A DNA stretch of 21,778 nt from Pseudomonadota bacterium (GTDB lineage Bacteria > Bdellovibrionota > FAC87 > UBA2466), in assembly GCA_043767805.1 (NCBI GenBank), contig JAYUGC010000170.1:1-21778 (forward strand), given 5' to 3'. The notes beneath the pieces are model-generated. The model did no database searches and was not told the DNA's origin. It saw nothing but the letters and a program-made list of their open reading frames with translations. Positions 16,857 to 21,778 of this stretch are shown here, in pieces (positions within the stretch are counted from its first letter, which is position 1; the number at the start of each line of letters is the position of its first letter). Position numbers and translations under genes: made by a program.

Positions 16857-17995
16857 TGCTTCTCTGGACCGACGAACAGGAACTTTTGATCAAGATGATA
16901 GCGGACTTCAGCGCGAAGGAGCTCGCGCCCCACGCCGAAGCCATCGACGAGAAGGAAGGCTTCAACGAAGCGGCGTTCCGTAAGCTCGCCGACTTGGGGC
17001 TGCTCGGAGTTACCGTGCCGGAAGCCTATGGCGGCGCCGCGCTCGGCGCGGTGGAAGCGACCCTCGCGATGGAAGGCCTGGGCAAGGCGTGCGCTTCGAC
17101 CGCCCTCTCCTATCTCGCGCACTCCATGCTTTGCGTGAACAACATCGCCAAGAACGCCTCCGACGCGCAAAAGACGATGTATCTGCCGAAGCTCGTCTCG
17201 GGCGAGTGGATCGGCGCCATGGCGCTCACCGAGCCCATGGCGGGCAGCGATTCCCTCGGCATCAAGACCCAGGCCGTGAAAAAAGGCGGCAAGTACGTCT
17301 TGAACGGCACGAAGACGTTCATTACGAACGGTCCCGTGGCCGATGTCATCTGGGTCTACGCGAAAACCGGGCCTGGCAAGAAGGACGTCACCACCTTCAT
17401 CGTCGAAAAAGGTTTCGCTGGCTTCAAGGTCGGCAAGAAATTGCGCAAGATGGGCATGAGAGGCTCGCCCACCTCCGAGCTGATCTTCGACAACTGCGAA
17501 GTGCCCGAGGAAAACCGCGTCGGCAACGAGAACGACAGCGTCTCGCACATGATGAGTAATCTCAACATCGAGCGCATCACCATCTCCGGCATTTCGCTGG
17601 GGATCGCGGCGGCCTCTCTCGAATACTCCGTCCGCTACGCCCAGGAGCGCTCGCAGTTCGGTGCGACCATCGGAAGCTTTCAGATGGTGCAGGAACGGCT
17701 CGCCGAGATGGCCACCAATCTCGACGCGGGACGGGCTCTCACTTATGTCTCGGCCGCGGCGTACGATCGGGGATCCCGGGAAATGTCTCTCGGCGCGAAG
17801 AGCAAGCTTTTCACGGCACAAATCGCCACGAAGGCCGGGCTCGACGCCATTCAGATTCTCGGCGGCTATGGTTACATGAAAGAGTATCCCGTCGAGCGTT
17901 TCATGCGCGACGCGAAACTCATGGAAATCGGCGCGGGTACCAACGAGATCATGCGGGTCATCGTGGCCCGCGAGCTGCTCGGCTTGCATTCTTGA
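16856..17995 (+). CDS. ivd: Isovaleryl-CoA dehydrogenase-like acyl-CoA dehydrogenase
   Basis: [23 protein letters not shown] and [15 protein letters not shown] has Ala at the MCAD Glu376 position and LNIERI supplies the IVD-type helix-G Glu. Confidence 0.85.
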   Translation: MLLWTDEQELLIKMIADFSAKELAPHAEAIDEKEGFNEAAFRKLADLGLLGVTVPEAYGGAALGAVEATLAMEGLGKACASTALSYLAHSMLCVNNIAKNASDAQKTMYLPKLVSGEWIGAMALTEPMAGSDSLGIKTQAVKKGGKYVLNGTKTFITNGPVADVIWVYAKTGPGKKDVTTFIVEKGFAGFKVGKKLRKMGMRGSPTSELIFDNCEVPEENRVGNENDSVSHMMSNLNIERITISGISLGIAAASLEYSVRYAQERSQFGATIGSFQMVQERLAEMATNLDAGRALTYVSAAAYDRGSREMSLGAKSKLFTAQIATKAGLDAIQILGGYGYMKEYPVERFMRDAKLMEIGAGTNEIMRVIVARELLGLHS

Positions 17996-18002
17996 GGCAC
18001 CT

Positions 18003-19139
18003 TTGACCTTGACCTTTTTCCCAGAGCCGTCCGAAGAAGAACGTTCCGTCCGCGCGCGCGCCAAATCTTTCGCCGACCGCCGTTTTCGCCCGACCGCCAT
18101 CGAGGACGATGAGAACTGCCATTTCCGCCGCGAACTTTTTGACGAGCTTTGCCGAGAGGGCTTGCACTCTCTCGCTTTTCCCAAAGAGTACGGCGGCTCC
18201 GGGCTCAAACCTTACGCGCAGTACGCCGCCATCGAAGAGATGGCGCGCGCAAGCGTCGCTTCCGCGGTCACGGTTGGTGTCACGAACTTGGTTCTGGGCG
18301 GCATCGCCGCTTTCGGAAACGCCGAGCAGAAGGAAAAGTACCTAAAGCCCCTCGTTCAAGGAACGTGGCTAGGCGCTTTTTCGCTCTCCGAGCCCGGCTC
18401 CGGATCGGATGCGGCCTCTTTGCGTTGTGCCGCAAAAAAAGTGGACGGGGGATACCAGATCAACGGCAACAAGAGCTGGTGCAGTAACGCGGGCTTCGCG
18501 GACTTGTACTTGCTCATGGTGCGCACGGGAGAGGCACGCTCCGCGGGAGTGTCCGCGTTCCTAGTGCCGAAAGACACCCCGGGGTTTCGCGTCGGCAAGC
18601 AGGAGAAGAAATTGGGAATGCGGGCGTCGTCGCTCGCCGAATTAGTTTTCGAAAATTGTTTCATACCGGAAAGTCAGCGTCTCGGCGCCGAGGGCGACGG
18701 CCTGAAGGTCGCCCTCTCCCAGCTCGACTCGGGAAGAATCACCATCGGCGTGGTCGGCGTCGCCCTGGCCATCGAAGCTCTGGACCGGGCGTGGGCCTGG
18801 GCCAAAAAGGGCGGGCACATCGAGGAAGGCGTGCGCCACGGGCTTGCGATCCGCTTCGCCGAAACCCAGAGCGTAAAAAATCTCGTGACCACCGCGGCCC
18901 AGCTCAAAGCGGAAGGCAAGCCGATTACCTTGCTGGCTTCCCAAGTGAAGTTACTCGGCAGCGACCTCGCCATGCGCACCACGAGCGAGGTCATCACGGC
19001 CATGGGGCTAGACGGCGCCAGACGCGAATGGGAAGTGGAACGGCTTTTTAGAGATGCCAAGGCGCTACAAATCGTCGAAGGTACGAATCAGATTCAGTGC
19101 ATGGTGATCGCCCGCGAAATGGATGGGATGTTCAAATGA
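18003..19139 (+). CDS. Acyl-CoA dehydrogenase (catalytic Glu in IVEGT; divergent C-terminal domain)
   Basis: FSLSEPGSGSD, KSWCSNA, KKLGMRAS, LDSGRI and RDAKALQIVEGTNQIQ. Confidence 0.92.
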   Translation: MTLTFFPEPSEEERSVRARAKSFADRRFRPTAIEDDENCHFRRELFDELCREGLHSLAFPKEYGGSGLKPYAQYAAIEEMARASVASAVTVGVTNLVLGGIAAFGNAEQKEKYLKPLVQGTWLGAFSLSEPGSGSDAASLRCAAKKVDGGYQINGNKSWCSNAGFADLYLLMVRTGEARSAGVSAFLVPKDTPGFRVGKQEKKLGMRASSLAELVFENCFIPESQRLGAEGDGLKVALSQLDSGRITIGVVGVALAIEALDRAWAWAKKGGHIEEGVRHGLAIRFAETQSVKNLVTTAAQLKAEGKPITLLASQVKLLGSDLAMRTTSEVITAMGLDGARREWEVERLFRDAKALQIVEGTNQIQCMVIAREMDGMFK

Positions 19140-20425
19140 GTGAGCAGCAATTTGATTTAAGTTCGTTTCATCTTTCCATGGGAAAACTCTGGGACCACCC
19201 CGAAGGACCCCGTGCCGGCGGCGAGCTGGACCGGCGGATGGTCGATGCCGACCTCGCCGTGCGAGCGAAGTACCGGTCGGGCAGCGTCGGCTTTTACGAT
19301 TGGCCCGTGACTCAAACCGCGACGGAGAAAGCGGAAGTCCGCCAAATCGCCCAGCGGCTTCGCAAGGAGTACGAAGGCGCTCTCATTTTCGGCATCGGTG
19401 GTTCGCATCTCGGGCCCGCCGCGGTCTTACAAGCGCTTCGCAGCCCCGAAGAGGAAGATAAGTTTCCCGTTCGCTGGGTCAGTAACGTCGACCCCGCCGC
19501 CATTCGGTCGGCCGACGCACTTTTGAAAAAGAAGAAGCTCGCGGCCATCGTCGTCAGCAAGTCGGGGGGAACTTCAGAAACCCTGGCGGGATTTTTTCAT
19601 TTTAGCCAAAAACTCGATGCAAAAAGCGTCGTCGCGGTCACCGATCCTTCGGCGGGCTGGCTCAGACGAGCGGCGCAAAAAGAAGGCTGGGCCACCCTTC
19701 CCGTTCCTCCGGCCATCGGCGGGCGGTTCAGCGTGCACACCGCGGTCGGCCTTTTGCCCATCGAGCTGGCCGGACTTTCCCAGGATAAGTTCCTGGAGGG
19801 CGCGAGCCACATGCGCGAGCGACTCGATCGTTGCGAGCCGAAAGACAATCCGGCTTATTTGCTCGCGGCCGCGTTTCACCATTGGGATTTCAAGCACCGG
19901 TCGGTACAGTACCTCATGCCGTACTGGAGCAATCTCTCCTTCGTGGCGGATTGGTACGTTCAGCTCTTCGGCGAGAGTCTCGGCAAGCGCCTTTTGCGCG
20001 ATCCGCAGAAGGCCGTCGGCTTTACTCCGGTGGGCGCGCTCGGCACGACCGATCAGCACTCCCTCCTTCAGCTCATGAAAGAGGGACCGTCCGACAAAAT
20101 CGTGGGATTTCTCGATGTCTCTCCCGACTCGAACGATCTGAAAGTCGCCGAGCCGTCTTTCGATCCAGGCGATCAGAAATTCCTCGTGGGACAGAGTTTC
20201 GCGCGCCTTAGCCGGCTCGCGAGTGCCGCCGCCGAGAAGAGCTTGAACAACGCGGGCGTTCCGACTTACCGGATCGAGTTGCCTCGTCTGGACGAGTCCG
20301 CCTTGGGTGCCTTGTTTTTCTTCCTAGAGGCCTCCTGCGCCTTCGCGGGGGAGCTCTACGGCGTGGATGCCTTCAATCAGCCTGGCGTGGAAGAGGCAAA
20401 GCGCCTGCTCAGGCAGTCTCTGTAA
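19136..20425 (+). CDS. pgi: Glucose-6-phosphate isomerase
   Basis: GIGGSHLG, SKSGGTSET, IGGRFSV, QLFGESLGK, TDQHS and FNQPGVEEAK. ATGA overlap with the upstream gene. Confidence 0.95.
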   Translation: MSEQQFDLSSFHLSMGKLWDHPEGPRAGGELDRRMVDADLAVRAKYRSGSVGFYDWPVTQTATEKAEVRQIAQRLRKEYEGALIFGIGGSHLGPAAVLQALRSPEEEDKFPVRWVSNVDPAAIRSADALLKKKKLAAIVVSKSGGTSETLAGFFHFSQKLDAKSVVAVTDPSAGWLRRAAQKEGWATLPVPPAIGGRFSVHTAVGLLPIELAGLSQDKFLEGASHMRERLDRCEPKDNPAYLLAAAFHHWDFKHRSVQYLMPYWSNLSFVADWYVQLFGESLGKRLLRDPQKAVGFTPVGALGTTDQHSLLQLMKEGPSDKIVGFLDVSPDSNDLKVAEPSFDPGDQKFLVGQSFARLSRLASAAAEKSLNNAGVPTYRIELPRLDESALGALFFFLEASCAFAGELYGVDAFNQPGVEEAKRLLRQSL

Positions 20426-20466
20426 CTGGGCTAAGGCTCAGTAACTGCTGGGCTTATCCCCACGGA

Positions 20467-20496
20467 TAGGCACTCGGGCGTCTTCACTGCTATAAT
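20467..20496 (+). promoter_or_regulatory. Sigma-70 promoter (extended -10) for the cyclase gene
   Basis: TG-C-TATAAT at 20488-20496; weak -35 TAGGCA 18 nt upstream. Confidence 0.55.
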
Positions 20497-20533
20497 AACG
20501 GGGTACTTCCTTTCGCCCATCCCATTAAAAGCA

Positions 20534-21457
20534 ATGTCGAACACCAACACGAAATCCAAGATCGTCGAGTCGGATAAGACCGCAGTCGCCGATAGCGACA
20601 CGTTAAATATCCGCCTTCAAGAAGCGGAAGCGGTTTCCCCCATGCTCGTGGTGATTTCGGGCCGCCCGCTCGGCAAATCCTTTTATCTGCAGAAAGAGCA
20701 GATGGTGCTCGGCCGTGATTTGACGGCCGACATCAGCATCGGTGAAACGGCGATTTCCCGCCGGCACACGGAGTTCAGCGTCGTTCCCGAAGGCGTGAAC
20801 TGCAAGGACTTGGGCAGCACCAACGGCACCTTCGTCAACGATCAGAAGCTCGAAGGCTCGCGTCTTTTGAAAGACGGAGATCTCATCCGTTGCGGCAATA
20901 CGATTTTGAAGTTCCTCAAAGAGGGACAGATCGAGAACGTCCATTACGGCAAGATGTACGAAGCCGCCACCATGGATGGGATGACGGGCGCTTTGAACAA
21001 GAAGGCGATCTTGGAGCTCCTGAACGAAGAGTTCCAGCGCGCGACGGCTCGTCCGGCAGCGATGACTTTGCTCATGCTAGATCTCGATCATTTCAAGATG
21101 ATCAACGACACGCACGGCCACTTGGCGGGTGACTACGTCTTGAAAGAAACCTGCCACATCATCAAGGACAAGTTGATTCGTCAGAAGGACGCCCTCGGCC
21201 GTTATGGCGGTGAGGAGTTCGCCTTGGTGTTACGCGAAACGCCCCTTCGGATCGCGGTCGACGTCGCCGAGCGTATCCGCTCGACCATCGAGAAGCATAA
21301 TTACCAGTTCGACGGCAAAAGCATCCCGGTCACCATCAGCATCGGAGTCGCGACGCTCGACTCAACGTCGAAGAAGCCCGAAGACCTCATCGCTCTCGCC
21401 GACAAGGCCCTCTACGACGCCAAGACGCAAGGCCGTAACCGCGTCTGCGTTCGCTAG
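20534..21457 (+). CDS. dgcB: FHA-GGDEF diguanylate cyclase, DgcB-like
   Basis: FHA motifs LGR, ISRRH and DLGSTNGTFVN. GGDEF domain with DLDHFKMIND..GH..GD, I-site RQKD and RYGGEEF. Confidence 0.88.
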   Translation: MSNTNTKSKIVESDKTAVADSDTLNIRLQEAEAVSPMLVVISGRPLGKSFYLQKEQMVLGRDLTADISIGETAISRRHTEFSVVPEGVNCKDLGSTNGTFVNDQKLEGSRLLKDGDLIRCGNTILKFLKEGQIENVHYGKMYEAATMDGMTGALNKKAILELLNEEFQRATARPAAMTLLMLDLDHFKMINDTHGHLAGDYVLKETCHIIKDKLIRQKDALGRYGGEEFALVLRETPLRIAVDVAERIRSTIEKHNYQFDGKSIPVTISIGVATLDSTSKKPEDLIALADKALYDAKTQGRNRVCVR

Positions 21458-21485
21458 GTCCATTCTCTGCGTCATTCCGCGGCCC

Positions 21486-21520
21486 ACGTCAGCGTTCAAG
21501 CGAAGCTTGAACGCTGACGT
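21486..21520. repeat. GCGAAGC-centred palindromic repeat, copy 3 (perfect 16-bp arms)
   Basis: ACGTCAGCGTTCAAGC-GAA-GCTTGAACGCTGACGT, 28 nt after the cyclase stop; no U-tract. Confidence 0.8.
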
Positions 21521-21778
21521 AGCAAGCCGTCGGAACCTTTCCAGCGCCAAATTGCTTCCACGGCGATAGCTTTTGGAACGGGACGGCTCGGAGCTGTGCT
21601 TCGTCGAACGCATATCAATGCCGGCAGGTTTACCAGCTGCGAAGGTTCCGACGGCTTGGGGCCGCGCAATGACCAAAACGCGTTCCCCGGGGCTCATCAT
21701 TGATCACTTATCGCGCTGCGATAAGTGTCTGCTGTGACTTCCCTTCGGGTTTATTTTCTAATGCCCCATTTGGGGTGA

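Noticed and set aside
20454..20462. TTATCCCCA, one mismatch from a DnaA box
   Set aside because: A single imperfect box with no cluster or unwinding element.
21362..21700. 112-aa minus-strand ORF at the window end
   Set aside because: Runs through the palindrome and overlaps the cyclase 3' end; no recognisable motifs.

Overview
GC-rich bacterial chromosomal segment, most likely from a Bdellovibrionota-like (predatory, ex-deltaproteobacterial) organism. This is inferred from a RomR-like polarity regulator, a short flagellin and an FHA-GGDEF cyclase resembling Bdellovibrio DgcB. Order: coaX (partial), birA and romR-like on the minus strand; flagellin; a 24-aa Lys-rich micro-ORF; a partial complex I cluster nuoB-C-D-I plus a rhodanese; two divergent genes that both look 5'-truncated and meet at ~8470 (an Ig-like repeat protein and a helical-repeat/winged-helix protein); rpsT; two paralogous secreted low-complexity proteins sharing a Cys pair and an LF(Q/E)YASFRY motif, followed by a probable outer-membrane protein; an acyl-CoA synthetase; tRNA-Leu(CAA) with a branched inverted-repeat element at its 3' end; two hypotheticals; two acyl-CoA dehydrogenases; pgi; and the diguanylate cyclase. 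Non-coding highlights are a hairpin-rich flagellin leader with CsrA-type GGA loops and three copies of a GCGAAGC-centred palindrome. No transposase, integrase, phage gene or CRISPR array was seen. All assignments come from motif recognition by eye; no searches were run.
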